Positions 16,040-28,797 of a stretch of DNA of 64,000 nt are shown one piece after another. Every line of letters begins with the position of its first letter. Position 1 is the stretch's first letter. The notes beneath the pieces were generated by a model, which worked only from the letters and a program-made list of their open reading frames with translations, was not told the DNA's origin and did no database searches. Origin of the DNA: the human T2T-CHM13v2.0 reference genome, Homo sapiens; NCBI RefSeq assembly GCF_009914755.1, contig NC_060929.1. One strand, written 5' to 3'. The position numbers and the translations under genes were made by a program.

Positions 16040-16784
16040 CTTTGGGCTACTTAAACCCCACAAAAAACATGAACAAAGTGCCAAATGGAATGAACAATAG
16101 AAACCTACCTCACTCATTCTCCAAATAAAAGATAAATAAAAGGATGAATAAATGAATGGATAGCCTGCTTTGTCACACTCTTCTAGAAGCCACATCTCAG
16201 AGCTGTCAGTTAATCTATTGTTTTATTTACCACATTAAAATAAAAAGTCTACATGATACAGAAGTAGTACAGTTACAATAAATATTTTACTTCATTGACT
16301 GCTTGAATATTGAACTAATTATCACAATTTTAATATACAAACTCTTGAATCATCAAAGCTCTCACAGATGAGAGTTAAAAACAAAACTAGAGATATAGAA
16401 AGTGGCTCTTTGGGCAGGCCACCAACTAGACCACCACGCTTACTTTCATGTTAGCCTGTCAGTTAGTACATTGACCAAGAGAGATAACCTGAAATTTGGA
16501 TTGGTTTTTGCTCTATCCCTGAAGCTTTGGGGATTTAGAAATATTCTGGGCAAGAATCAGTGACACTCTTTGGAAGCCATTTTTACGTGTAAAAAGCTAC
16601 TCATCTGACAGGACTTTTGTTTGTCCCTGAATTTGGAAGTAGACAAACATTTTCTTCTTTTTCATTTTGTAGTTAGAAAATGTGTGATACTTTCATATTA
16701 CTTTTTTGAGTCACTGTGAAAAGAATTATATAATTTCAGATCTTCATCAGAGACAACTCAAAAAATGGAGTGATGTGTAGGGGG

Positions 16785-17000
16785 TGAAAAAAAGCAACAG
16801 AGACTTTGAAATCAGACTGACACATGTTTGAATCCTAGCTCTGCCACAGATGCTGTGCAAGGCTAGGTGAGTTGGTTTATTTGGCTAAGGCTCATTTCTT
16901 CCATAGGTAAAATAGAAATAAAAATATCTGCATCATTTAGTTGTTAGGAGGACTGAAATAAGAACATAAATAATATGTCTATTATAGTCATGCAAAAAAT
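16785..17000 (+). mobile_element. MIR
   Basis: gactttgaaatcagac...tttgaatcctagctctgccac. Confidence 0.65.
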
Positions 17001-18510
17001 ATTAGTTCTAATTCCAATCTCTTCATTTTACAATTGAGAATGTTAAAATCAGAAACCGACACCTTGAAAGTTAAACAAACTTCACCTTAGGTTTGTGGAT
17101 GTCACTCCTGTTGTTTAAAATAACACAATAATTTAAATTACAAAAGATTTATGAGTTAAGTTTTAAATGTAGACATTTTATTTCGCTTTTTACTGCTTGC
17201 TATTTTACTGGGATACAGCAACTCCTGATCAACCAACCATGTAGTTTATTATAGTGCTGCGTAGTCCAGGAAGAAGAAATAAGGGCAATTCACTTGGTTT
17301 AGGGTCATTCTTTAATAATCAACTACCAGTAACAAGTCGAATCTCTCTCAACAGTTAGTGTTCATGAATGTCTACTTTGGCATCTCTTCCTGTTTCGGTA
17401 ATAATTCAAATGAAACTAGTGTTTAGTATTTAGACATCATATGATCAGATTTTTTTTTACAACATATTATAGTACATATGTCCATAGAAACTGTCATTGT
17501 TACCACAGAATCAGCATAATGATGCTAGAAGAGGGGACAACTGCCTTTTCAGATAAGGAAACTGAAAGCAGATGAAATTAAATGACTTCTCCTGGCTTAC
17601 AGAGTTAGTCGGTACATGGCAGCGCTGGGTTGAAAAACCAGGTAAATAACTGATTTTGACTTATCTTAGAAGTTACCACATGATGTGGAAATAAACCGTT
17701 TATTAATTTGTCTCTCCCACTGCAGGGTAACCATGTTGAGGATAAGGGGCTATGTCCTAATCATTTTAAAGTACAGTCACTAGCATACACTCAGTAAATG
17801 TTCTGTAAATATCTACTGCTTGATCCAAGTAATACAGATAATAATATATTTTTTTAAAAAGACTTTCTCCAAGAATTCAGGATATTTTCTCTTATCTTAT
17901 TCTATGACAGATGACTCTAAAGTAGTGGAATTTTTTTTAACTGACATCCCAATACTTATAAGCTGAAGATGAGCTGTCATTCAGAATTATTACCCATGGA
18001 GATGACTGTTCACTTATCCCATCAATGACAGAATGACTCCGAATCTTTTTAAGACTCCTTTATTGAAATTGACTTTAGTATCTGTTCATGAGGAAAGAAA
18101 AATCCATCTCATTATTGTTTCACCTAGATTTTGACTCCAAAGAGCCTTCATTAGCTTTGCTCACTTACCTTATCTGCTAAACTTGAATGAGCCTAGCTTG
18201 TTTCAAAAAGCAATTTATCCTGAAAGGAGAAGGACTTATCCCTGACTAAAATTATTCTTAAAATTGCTTCAGTATCACTTGGATAAATGAGTAAATTCCC
18301 AAGGTGACTAATATGCAGGTGTCAGTAGACACTAAAAATGTGTAAGCTTTGTCATATTTGTTTAAATGAAAAACATGCCATATTTCTAAGTATTTTATGC
18401 TTCTCTAATCCCTGGACAGTTGGTATCATCTGTTTAATGTGTAAAGAAATAGAGCATCTGCAAAAGTAAATGACTGTCACAAGATTTTTTGTGCAGTGGC
18501 AGCTCTAGTC

Positions 18511-18745
18511 CACCAGTTTCCAGCCAGGGTCAACTCTGTATCCTCCTCCAGGGGTGGGCATGGGGGGAGGGCATTTGGCAATAACTGGAGACATTTTTTT
18601 CAGTCATAACTCAGGGGAAGGTGCTACTGGAATCCAGTGGGTAGAGGCCATGGATGCTGCCAAACATCCTACTATGCACAAGACAGCTTCCCGCAACGAA
18701 TTACCTTGCTTAAAATGTCTATATTGCCGAGGCTGAGAAACCCTG
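18511..18745 (+). mobile_element. MER20 (hAT-Charlie) DNA transposon fossil
   Basis: catttggcaataactggagacattttt...gtgggtagaggccatggatgctgccaaacatcctac...gagaaaccctg matches MER20. Confidence 0.85.
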
Positions 18746-20239
18746 TTCAAGGATAAGAATTCTCACCCTCAGTCTCTTCAGGATCCTTCACTACAATCAG
18801 TGTTAAGACCCCTGTGTCCTCATGTTTCCATAAGCAAAAGTGAGTGCATGTATTTTTCTTTGGTAATCAAAGAGTAAAATTTTTTTCCATGCTATTTTGC
18901 CAGCAGAAAATCCTATTTGCCTTAGATTCCTTCACCAAAGGATACGAAATTGTCACAAAGGTTGCCTGGAGATGGGTTTGGCATCTTAAAAGCCTAATTG
19001 GCAAGAAAATTAAAGCAACTTAAAATGTGTGTGCTCTTTAGGGAGATGTGCTATTCCCACTCTATATTATTAGATCTCAGAGACAGCTGGGGCAAGAACA
19101 TCTGGGACTTCCTGCACTATCATTTTGCCAAGTTGCTATAAAATTGTCCTTTCTCACTACAAAATTGAGAAGGAAAAGAGAAAAAGCAGTGCAAAGGCCA
19201 ACCACACTTGTTAGAAGGTTGCTCCTCAGCTGTCTTTCAGAAGTCCCAGCAGTGGCTCCCTTTTTTGTCAGGTTACTTCAATAAGGGAGGGAATCTACTT
19301 CATTTGATGTGTACTTTTGATAATCAAGGAATGTATCTTGGCATGTAAACTGTGCAGGACAGAATGTCAAATCTCAAAGCATATTTTTCCACCTTGAATT
19401 TTAAAAATAAAATACGTAACATGCATTTAGCAAATTTTCTCAGGGAACTTGCTAAATTTTATTGTCAAAATACAGACCTTTCACATAATGCTTTCACTTT
19501 TCTCTCTTATGTACATCTGCTCCTAACACCAATAGGCACACAAAGTGTTGTGAATCTGTGGCTGGATCTTTCAAGCCTCCAGGGAACTCTCACTTGTTAG
19601 CCTAGTCTAATATCTTATTGTGTGGAAATGTTTTCAAATCCAAGCACAATTTTTCACCATAGAAATTTTTCTTTTTTACCGTTTTTTGGTGGTCAGTGAT
19701 TTAGACAATCACAAGAGAATATCATATTTGAGTAGAGAAAATAGACGTGCACCTGATATATGGGCATAAATTGCCATGTCGCAATGAAAGGTAAAGTTCA
19801 GAAAAGGTCAGAATATTTCTGTCCTAAGATGCTGAAGAAGTCACTTTTGCCATCTTTCTTTCCTTGGAATCCCTATGGCATATGTCAACTACAGATAATT
19901 TTAGTACACAGTTGCAAGCAATGTCTCATGCCATTCTCTAGGTTTGCCTTTTATAAAAATCTCACACTCCAAGGAGATTGTCCTGTAACTGAAGGACTGC
20001 CTCTCCAGTCCCCACTCTAAGCCCACAGCACATTCTATGTTCTTGTTGCCTAAGTGACTGGCCAACTCAATAAATGGATGGATTCTTGTTTCTATCCCTG
20101 GGTAACCTGAAGAGTGCTGGGACACTGGGAAACACTATTTTGGTCTACTTCAAAGAAATTAGGATTCTCTAAAGTCATACCATAAATACCATCCTAGTAT
20201 CAAGTGGATTATATTACTTTCTTCCCCACCTCAATTTTT

Positions 20240-20646
20240 TTTAGTATTGTATCTGCTTCATTTTAATGTTTCATTCACTTTTCCTAAGTTACATCTACTC
20301 ACTTGAAATATCTCAAGCGGAACCCTTTTTGTAAAATAGAGTTTTGAAGCTATTCTTTGTCCTTGTTCTCAATAGGTCACCATTTATTTATTTATTTATT
20401 TATTTATTTATTTTATTATACTTTAAGTTCTAGGGTACTTGTGCACAACGTGCAGGTTTGTTACATATGTATACATGTGCCATGTTGGTGTGCTGCACCC
20501 GTTAACTCGTCATTTATATTAGGCATATCTCCTAATGCTATCCCTCCCCACTCTCCCAGCCCCACGACAGGCCCTGGTGTGTGATGTTCCCCACCCTGTG
20601 TCCAAGTATTCTCATTGTTCAATTCCCACCTGAGTGAGAACATGCG
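20240..20646 (-). mobile_element. 5'-truncated L1PA (PA5/6-like) 3' end with (TAAA)n tail plus a 140-bp 3' transduction
   Basis: L1 3' UTR 20419-20646, (TTTA)n 20383-20418, unique 20243-20382, T-run to 20242; TSD CCCCACCTCAATTTTT at 20224-20239 and 20647-20662. Confidence 0.88.
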
Positions 20647-21104
20647 CCCCACCTCAATTTTTAAGAAGAGTCATAGCTATACAAAAGCCCCCCAAATATC
20701 ACAGAGATAAGCCACACAATGTTGGAAACAAAATACAACTTTTGAAACTACAATGCCAAAGAAATCCTTCAAGAAAAGCACTAAAGGAAAGCATGAGGTT
20801 CAGAGCAAGCTAAAAGAATGTAAATGCATGTCTCCTAGGACAATCATGAACTTAGGTGAAAAAGTACCACATGGGGTATCTGAGCACTTTCAGGAGACCA
20901 TCATTTATATCTTCAATTGGGAGATAAGATCACACTGCATGTGAAACTCTTCTTTCCTTAATAAGCAGGAAGAAAGCAATGTATGCTTACAGGTGTAAAG
21001 AGAAGACTATGTTAATACTTATTTTCAAACTATTTCAATACACAACATGCATCCACACACACATGCACAAACACATATATGCCCAAGCACACATCAACAT
21101 ATTC

Positions 21105-23280
21105 TTTTTCTTTTGATTCCGAACTTTTAAGTTCAGGGCTCCATGTGGAGGATGTGCAGATTTGTTACATAGGTAAATGTGTGCATGGTGGTTTGATGCA
21201 CAGATCAATCCATCACTAGGTATTAAGCCCAGCATGCATTAGCTATTTATCCTGATGCACTCTCCCGTGCCCCAGTGTGTGTCATTCCTCTCCCTGTGTC
21301 CATGTGTTCTCATTTTTCCTCTCCCACTTATAAGTGAGAACATGCAGTGTTTGCTTTTCTGTCCATGCGTTTATTTGCTGAGGATAATGGCTCCCAGTTT
21401 TATCCATGTCCCTGCAAAAGACATGATCTCCTCCTTTTTATGACCACATAGTATTCTATGATGCATATATACCACATTTTTAAAACTTAGTCTATCATTG
21501 ATGGGCATTTGGGTTGATTCCATGTCTTTGCTATTGTGAGTAGTGCTGCAATGAACATACACATGCATGGATCTTTATAATAGAATGATTTATATTCTTT
21601 TGGGTATGTACCCAGTAATGAGATTGCTGGGTCAAATGGTATTTCTGGTTTTAGGTCTTTGAAGAATTGACACATTGTCTTCCACAATGGTTGAACTAAT
21701 TTACATTCCCACCAACAGTGTAAAGGTGTTCCTATTTCTCCACAGCCTCGCCCATGTCTATTGTTTCTTGACTTTGTAATAATCGCCATTCTGACTGGCA
21801 TGAGATGGTATCTCATTGTGGTTTTGATTTGCATTTATCTAATGATCAGTGATGTTGAGCTTTTTTTTCAAATGTTTGTTGGCCATAATAACGTCTTCTT
21901 TTGAGAAGTGTCTGTTCATCATGTCCTTTGCCAGCTTTTTAATGGGGTTGTTTTTTTCTTGTAAATTTGTTTAAGTTCCTTGTAGATACTGGATATTAGA
22001 CCTTTGTCAGAAGGATAGATTGCAAAAATTTTCTCTCATTCTAGAGGTTGCCTGTTTACTCTGCTGATAGTTTCTTTTGCTGTGCAGAAGCTCTTTAGTT
22101 TAATTAGATCTTATTTGTCAATTTTGGCTTCTGTTGCAACTGATTTTGGCATCTTCATCATGAAATCTTTGCTGTGCCTATATCCTGAATGGTATTGCTT
22201 AGGTTTTCTTTTAGGGTTTTTATAGTTTTGGGTTTTACATTTAAGTCTTTAATCCATCTTTAGTTGATTTTTGTATATGGCGTAAAGAAGGGGTGTAGTT
22301 TCAATTTTCTGTATAGAGCTAGCCAGTTCTCCCAGCACCATTTATTAAATAGGGAATCCTTTTCTCATTGCTCATTTTTGTCAGGTTTGTCAAAAATCAG
22401 ATGGTTGTAGGTGTGCAGTCTTATTTCTGGGTTCTCTATTCTGTTCCATTTTTCTATGTGTCTGTTTTTGGGAATGGGAATAACTTTGAATCTATAAATT
22501 GCTTTGGGCAGTATGGCCATTTTCACAATTTTGATTCTTTATATCCATGAGCATGGAATGTTTTTCCATTTGTTTGTGTCATCATTGATTTCTTTGAGCA
22601 GTGGTTTTTAGTTCTCCTTGAAGAGGTCCTTCACTTATCTTGTTAGCTGTATTCCTAGGTATTTTATTCTTTTTATGGCAATTATGAATGGTAGTTCATT
22701 CATAATTTGGTTCTATATTTGGTTCAGTCATAATTTGGCTCTATATTTGGTTCATTCATAATTTGGCATAGAGCCAAATTCACTATGAGCTACTTGCCTG
22801 TTGTTGGTTTATAGGAATGCTAGCAATTTTTGCACATTAATTTTGTATCCTGAGACTCTGGTGAAGTTGCTTGTCAGCTTAAGAAGCTTTTGGGCTGAGA
22901 CAATGGGGCTTTCTAGATATAGGATTATGCCATCCACAAACAAAGATAGTTTGACTTTCTCTCTTCCTATTCGTATACGCTTTATTTCTTTCTCTTGCCT
23001 GGTTGCTCTGGCCAGAACTTTCAAATACTATGTTGAATAGGAGTGGTGAGAGAGGGCATCCTTGTCTTGTGCTGGATTTCAAGGCAAATGCTTCCAGCTT
23101 TTGCCCATTCAGTATGATGTTGGCTGTGGATTTGTCCTATATGGCTCTTATTATTTTGAGGTAGATTCCTTCAATACCTAATTTATTGAGAGCTTTTATC
23201 ATGAAGGGATGTTGAATTTTATCAAAAGCCTTTTCTGCAGCTATTGAGATAATCATGTGCTTTTTATCTTTAGTTCTTTT
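21105..23280 (-). mobile_element. 5'-truncated L1PA (about PA8-PA11) with an internal deletion near 22470
   Basis: ORF2 C-terminal and RT remnants in the track (QIKTTMRYHL...; [15 protein letters not shown]; [14 protein letters not shown]); degenerate TSD cacatcaacatattc (21090-21104) / cacataaacattttc (23282-23296). Confidence 0.9.
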
Positions 23281-23921
23281 TCACATAAACATTTTCAATC
23301 TACAGCTGACCACCCTTTGCTAACTGGAGTAGAAAATGGTGGACCATTGAAACAGCCTTTCTATAAACAACCCGCATCAGGAGACATGGAAATGTCGTTG
23401 CTCATGGTTTACGATATTGAAAAGCCTCTCCATCTTTATTACTTGTAAGAGTTCTCAGCCATATTGTGTTTGGGGTCTTGTTGGTCTGTGGACACATGAG
23501 TGATGTGTTGAAGTATATGTATACAGTGGCAATAAGTTGTGTGTGCTGCAAGGGTGTGGAATTCTCCTTATGTCATGGAAGACCATGTAGAAATGTCTGT
23601 GGCACTTGCTCTGCTTGTGAACGGCAGTAGAGTCAAATTTATTAAATAACCACGTAACCCCTAACCAGCCAATGTGAAAGTGAGACAAGAAAAAACTAAA
23701 TTTTCAGGATACTTAACAATAGTCCATCATGACTCTTCTCAATCAACATATGCTGTCTGTTAACAGATTGAATTTAGTGAAACTAAACTACACACTTGAT
23801 CAAATTTTCCTACAATCTATTCATTATAAGCTAGCTTTATTTTGAAAAACAGGCAACCTGAATTAAACTCTTGAAAATGAACCACAAAAACTGAAATATG
23901 CCCATTAATTAATAGCTTTTG

Positions 23922-24237
23922 TTTTTCATTGTCTTTTTTTGGTTGGTTGTTTTTTCTTAGACAGGGTCTTGCTCTGTCACCCAGGCTGGAGTACAGAGGC
24001 TCCATCAGGGTCCACTGCAACCCCGGCCTCCTGGGTTCAAGTGATTCTGCTGCCTCAGCCTCTTGAGTAGGTGGGATTACAGGTGGCCACCACCATGTCC
24101 AGCTAATTTTTTTAGTTTCGTAGACAGGGGTTTCACCATGTTGGCCATGCTGGTCTCAAACTCCTGACCTCAAGTGATTCACCCAGCTCGGCCTCCCAAA
24201 GTGCTGGGATTACAAGTGTCAGCCACCATGACCAGCC
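23922..24237 (-). mobile_element. AluS
   Basis: Alu dimer on minus; TSD aattaatagcttttg (23907-23921) / aactaatagcttttg (24238-24252). Confidence 0.93.
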
Positions 24238-25731
24238 AACTAATAGCTTTTGATAGAGTTATCTTATTTATTTTTTGACTGGTTAATTTTTGAACCTGAG
24301 CTAAATTATATAGGCAACAACTTTTCTGTTCGGTATTCAGACAAGTAGCAGACAACACAGTGAATTTGGTCTGTTTTATATTGGCCACATATCACATCCA
24401 TTTCCAAAGGGCAGTCTGTGCTTTTAGCATTCACTAATGAAATCACACATTACAGTCTCACTGCCACATACCGCTTCCTCCAGATAGGATGTCACAGCCC
24501 CAGAAACAACTTGTAAGCTTTTTTGCTCTTAACAGCTGAGGCTACAGGGAAATAAGTGATGAGGGGGTGGAAGGAAAGAATATTTTAAAGGAAAAGTTCA
24601 AGATACAATTGTGATTTCTGCAAAAAAATGAATTATGACAATCAAGTCTCTAGCCATTCTTGTCTAATTATTGTTAATACTTTAAAATAAGTTAATTAGC
24701 AATAGGCTACAATCCCAGACATACAGAGCAAGAGCCAGAAGATCTGTGCTGTAATCAACAAAGCCAAATATTAGTGCCTGCAATTGATGCATGCAGTATT
24801 TTCTTGTAAAATCCTCCAAGGTCAGGTATTCTGAGAAAATTTTATAGTTTTAACTTTTTTATTGCTGTTGTTACACTGAAAATATTATAGAAAACATCAT
24901 TTTATCAACCAAATGTGGTAAGTTAAAAGCTGATATCTCATTGCCTAGAGTGATGTTAGTTAGTTATTTAATATTTCTATTAAATTTGGTTAGGTAGGAC
25001 ACGCTTACAGCAACTCCTTGCCCTTTTATCTTTTTTGGGGGAGAGGATTTGGCTTATATCACCTCACTCGACTAGCCATTTATACTTGTCAGAGTCACCC
25101 TTGTTTATCAGTAGGTCAGTCTGTGAAAACTGTGTCTATCAAGTACACTCAACACAAACATCTGGATCGCAAGCCCTCAGGGGCACCCATGCAAACAAGC
25201 CCAAGAAAAAATATGCCTCCCTCTGTGAAAGAGGACAACAAACCAATTTGTTGAAAATGTGACAGTCTGCATCCCATCTCCTGCTTCCTTGTGCCCTGAA
25301 TGAATTGTGAAACCTCGGGAAGACAAATGGAATGTTCTCAAATCTTAAAAAATCAGCAATTCCCTTTACAAAGAACTATGTTCTTCTATTTTTTTCCTGC
25401 CCTGGACCCCTTCTCTCCATCATCTGGGAAATTTCAACAGTTTTCCAAGGGTAGAGGGAGAAATTTAAGATCACAGAGAAAGAAAGTCAAGTTGACTGAA
25501 AATATAGCCTAATTTGAAGAGTTTGCATTTTCAGTAGCCAATCCCTCAGCTAGGATATTATCAACTCTTTGATTTGCCTCATTATCAAAATGGTCTGGGC
25601 TTTTGCATAGAAACAGCCTCGACTGTTTTAATGAGAAAAAGAACAAAGAAAAAACACATGGACAGACTAATTTATACTAGAGGCTTTTAAGCCAAATGGC
25701 AATAAGTGATATTCCTCTTTTGACATTTTAT

Positions 25732-26188
25732 TGAAAAACGGGGAAAGAAAAAGCAGCCCCTGACAACTGAGAGCTCACCAGACACTCACAACCAGGCCAT
25801 GTTATTCTCCTGTTGGACATAAGCAATCTCCCACAATACCGACTTCAGATAAGGTCACCACCTCTCTTGACTAAAATGAGTGACTGAGACTCCTTTACCA
25901 ATTACAGTTTGACTTTGCTCTAGCCCTATGGATTAGGCTTGTTGAAATATCCAAATATAGACTTGTCCTTGCTTTCTGACAGCATCTGATCTACAGCAAA
26001 CCCCTGCTTCCTTAGACCCTTCCTCAAGTCACCCAACCTAAGCCCAATCTTGTAAGTCCCTTCTAGCATCCTCTTACTGGGATGTCTCATGTATGAACCC
26101 CATGGTATGTTCTCCCTTGCTGCAACAGATAATAAATCCTGCACGTTCAACTACATGTTTGTGCCTGGGGATCTTTGGCTAAAGGACA
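25732..26188 (+). mobile_element. Solo ERV1-class LTR (MER67-like)
   Basis: TG...CA bounded ~450 bp; AATAAA near 26131; 3' part (ccatggtatgttctcccttgctgcaac...ttcaactaca...ctttggct) resembles MER67; subfamily uncertain. Confidence 0.6.
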
Positions 26189-26735
26189 ATCACAAAATAT
26201 TTATGTCTCTTCTCTTGGAGCTTTTCAGCTGAATGGACTTGTGCCCCACTCAGGAGCCCTGCCTGCATAGAGCAGAAGGGAAGATCTGGCCTGCAGGCCT
26301 CCTTCTCATGACCTTGGAATGTGAACTGAGATTTCCACATCTGGTCCATTTTACTTCTTGAATCAGACACCTTTTACTCATTCATCTACTGATATCTCAT
26401 GATATGGTTCATTTGAAATTCCAAACGAATCTCCCTTTTCCCTCAGTTGCTGACTAAACTACACAAATTATTGTGTCACTACTTGACTGAGTAAATATCC
26501 CTGCTGCCTAGATACTCCATCCTTATTCTCTCTACCCCCATCGACCTACCTCCTTTCAACTTTTTTTTGTGAGTGCTAGCTATACATACTAGTTATATTT
26601 TAAGCTAGTTTCTTTTAGAAATTAAATTCAATCTGCCCAGCAATTCCATAGAAGAAAACTGAGATCCAGAGAGGTTTACTAGAGTGGGAGAGTCTCCATC
26701 CTATGCCACAGTTTTTCAGAAAAGTATATGTATTC

Positions 26736-26737
<2 letters not shown>

Positions 26738-26806
<69 letters not shown>
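26738..26806. repeat. Compound (CT)n(CA)n microsatellite
   Basis: About 11 CT units followed by about 24 CA units. Confidence 0.95.
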
Positions 26807-26809
<3 letters not shown>

Positions 26810-27124
26810 CAGGCACTGAATAGATATCTGACTTCTCAACAACTTGGAAACTTCTTTAGTCTTTAACCTCTCTAAAACTGTGAAAATTGCTTGCCTGTAT
26901 TTAAATGTATTTTAATCTTCTTTAATCTTACAACATCAGCAGAATGAAGGAGAAAGAGAGTTTTTATGTGCACTCTTATTTCAAAAGTTTTGGGGTCAAA
27001 AGTTGTTAAAATGGAGAATTACAGACAACGCTTCCTCTTGCCATACCCCGGAGGACATAGGATGAACTCCCTCCTCTGTCATACAGTCTCACAACTGTAA
27101 GCTGGTACAGAATCTTCTTCCTTC

Positions 27125-28124
27125 TGAGAAATAAAAATTAAATCTTGAGCCCCGCCACCAACTGAGTGTACCCCCTTCTTGACCAAAAGGACCCCAGAGA
27201 AACCTTAAAAACTGAGTTCTTGGCCATGCATGGTGGCTCATACCTGTAATCACAGCATTTTGGGAGGCTGAGGCAGGAGGATCACTTGAGGTCAGAAAAT
27301 TGAGACCAGCCTGGCTAACATGGTGAAACTCCTTCTCTACAAAAAATACAAAAATCAGCCAGGCATGGTGGCATACACCTGTAATCTCAGCTACTTGGGA
27401 GGCTGAGGTGGAAGAATCAATTGAACCTGGGAGGCGGAGGTTGCAGTGAGCCAAGATCATGCCACTGTACTCCAGCCTGGGTGACAGGCTGTCTCAAAAC
27501 AAAACAAAACAAAAAAACAAAAACAAATGAGTTTTTGGCCATGATGGGATGTGAGATTGGACGTGCCTCGTTATACCCCCTTCTTCACTAACTGCCACTA
27601 AAAGACTTTCTTTCCCAAGAGTTAAATGGAAATCAATCCATCCAACTTCCCCACTTTTTTGTGGTTTCAACACAACTGACCAGCATTTCTTCCTCAACAG
27701 AGACAGCAAATCGTAGACTGGTTCTGGTCAGTTTACAGAGGCTACACATAACATGTCTCTGTGTCTTCTGTTTCACTTTTTGACACATAGGACCTAATTT
27801 TAATGCATTTAAATGTTAAGTCTCCACCCAGAAGTGAACATGGGACTTATGAAATGTGCATGTTTACTTATTTATAAATGCAAACGTCCCATTTTGTGAA
27901 TATTCATAGATTCTTCTGTAAACTGTTGAATATGTATACTTAGCTAACCCATTCAGCCTAAATTTTTGTCTCACCATTCCTTTCCTTAAAGTGCCTTTCT
28001 CAGTTTCTACTGGAGGCTACATTTCCCAGCCCATGGAACGGCCAGCCCGCAGGCCGCAATCCTTTGTAAGAAATAAAGCTCTCTCCTCTCTGAATTTATG
28101 AACCTCATAATTCTTCAGTTGAAA
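27125..28124 (+). mobile_element. Solo LTR (LTR47-like) interrupted by an Alu
   Basis: Starts tgagaaataaaaattaaatc; continues after the Alu (ggccatgatgggatg); ends aaataaagctctc...cttcagttga; family name tentative. Confidence 0.6.
27222..27524 (+). mobile_element. AluS with (CAAAA)n tail
   Basis: Alu dimer; duplicated flank actgagttcttggccatg / aatgagtttttggccatg. Confidence 0.93.
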
Positions 28125-28645
28125 CTCCTCCTCCCCCTTTTCCTCTTCTTCTTCTTCTTCTGCTTTCTCATCTTGTTTGAAATTAGCACTGGGGAGGAAG
28201 TTGGGATGCAGTGCCATAATGTTAATTGGCTTTGGTGGGAGACACTGAGTCTAGAAATTATTAAGTCTTCTTACATGAGAATGTGCTTTTTAGCCCAGGG
28301 TAACAAATAATTTCTCACCAAAGGTGAGAAATTGTTTATGCTTATTAGTGCAATAATCCTAGGGTCAAACTAAGTAACACAAGACAGAAGATGCCAAAAG
28401 CTGAGTGCTACTTTTTGGAAATCATTGATAGGTAGTTCTACCTGAGTGATACAGCAAGCAAATATGAACTTGAATCTGGCAGGCCCTGTGGGTAGAGGAG
28501 TTGTAGCTTAGATTTAAGGAAGAACTAACTGAGCCTAGGGAGGAGGGCACCAATAAATATTGGGGTTTATGTTCTTTAGGTTAACTAAAACCAGGTTATT
28601 TTGTCAGTAGGGATGATTAAGGTGCAGCTTGTTTGTGAGTATGAG

Positions 28646-28797
28646 CAGTGCTACTTGAAGTGGGGCTCACTTGAGTCTGTTAAGAATGAAACACTTTGAG
28701 CCACAGACTATTAAATCAGAATCTCTGAAAGTGGCATCCAGGAACTTACATTTTAACAAAATTTCCATAAGAGCATTCCAGTTTGCCAAGTCCTAGG
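28646..28797. mobile_element. MER5A-like DNA transposon fossil
   Basis: cagtgctact...aatcagaatctctg...ccaggaacttacattttaacaa. Confidence 0.6.

Noticed and set aside
22694-22780. 28-bp repeats as a CRISPR-like array
   Set aside because: No spacers, derived from L1 sequence, eukaryotic context, no cas genes.
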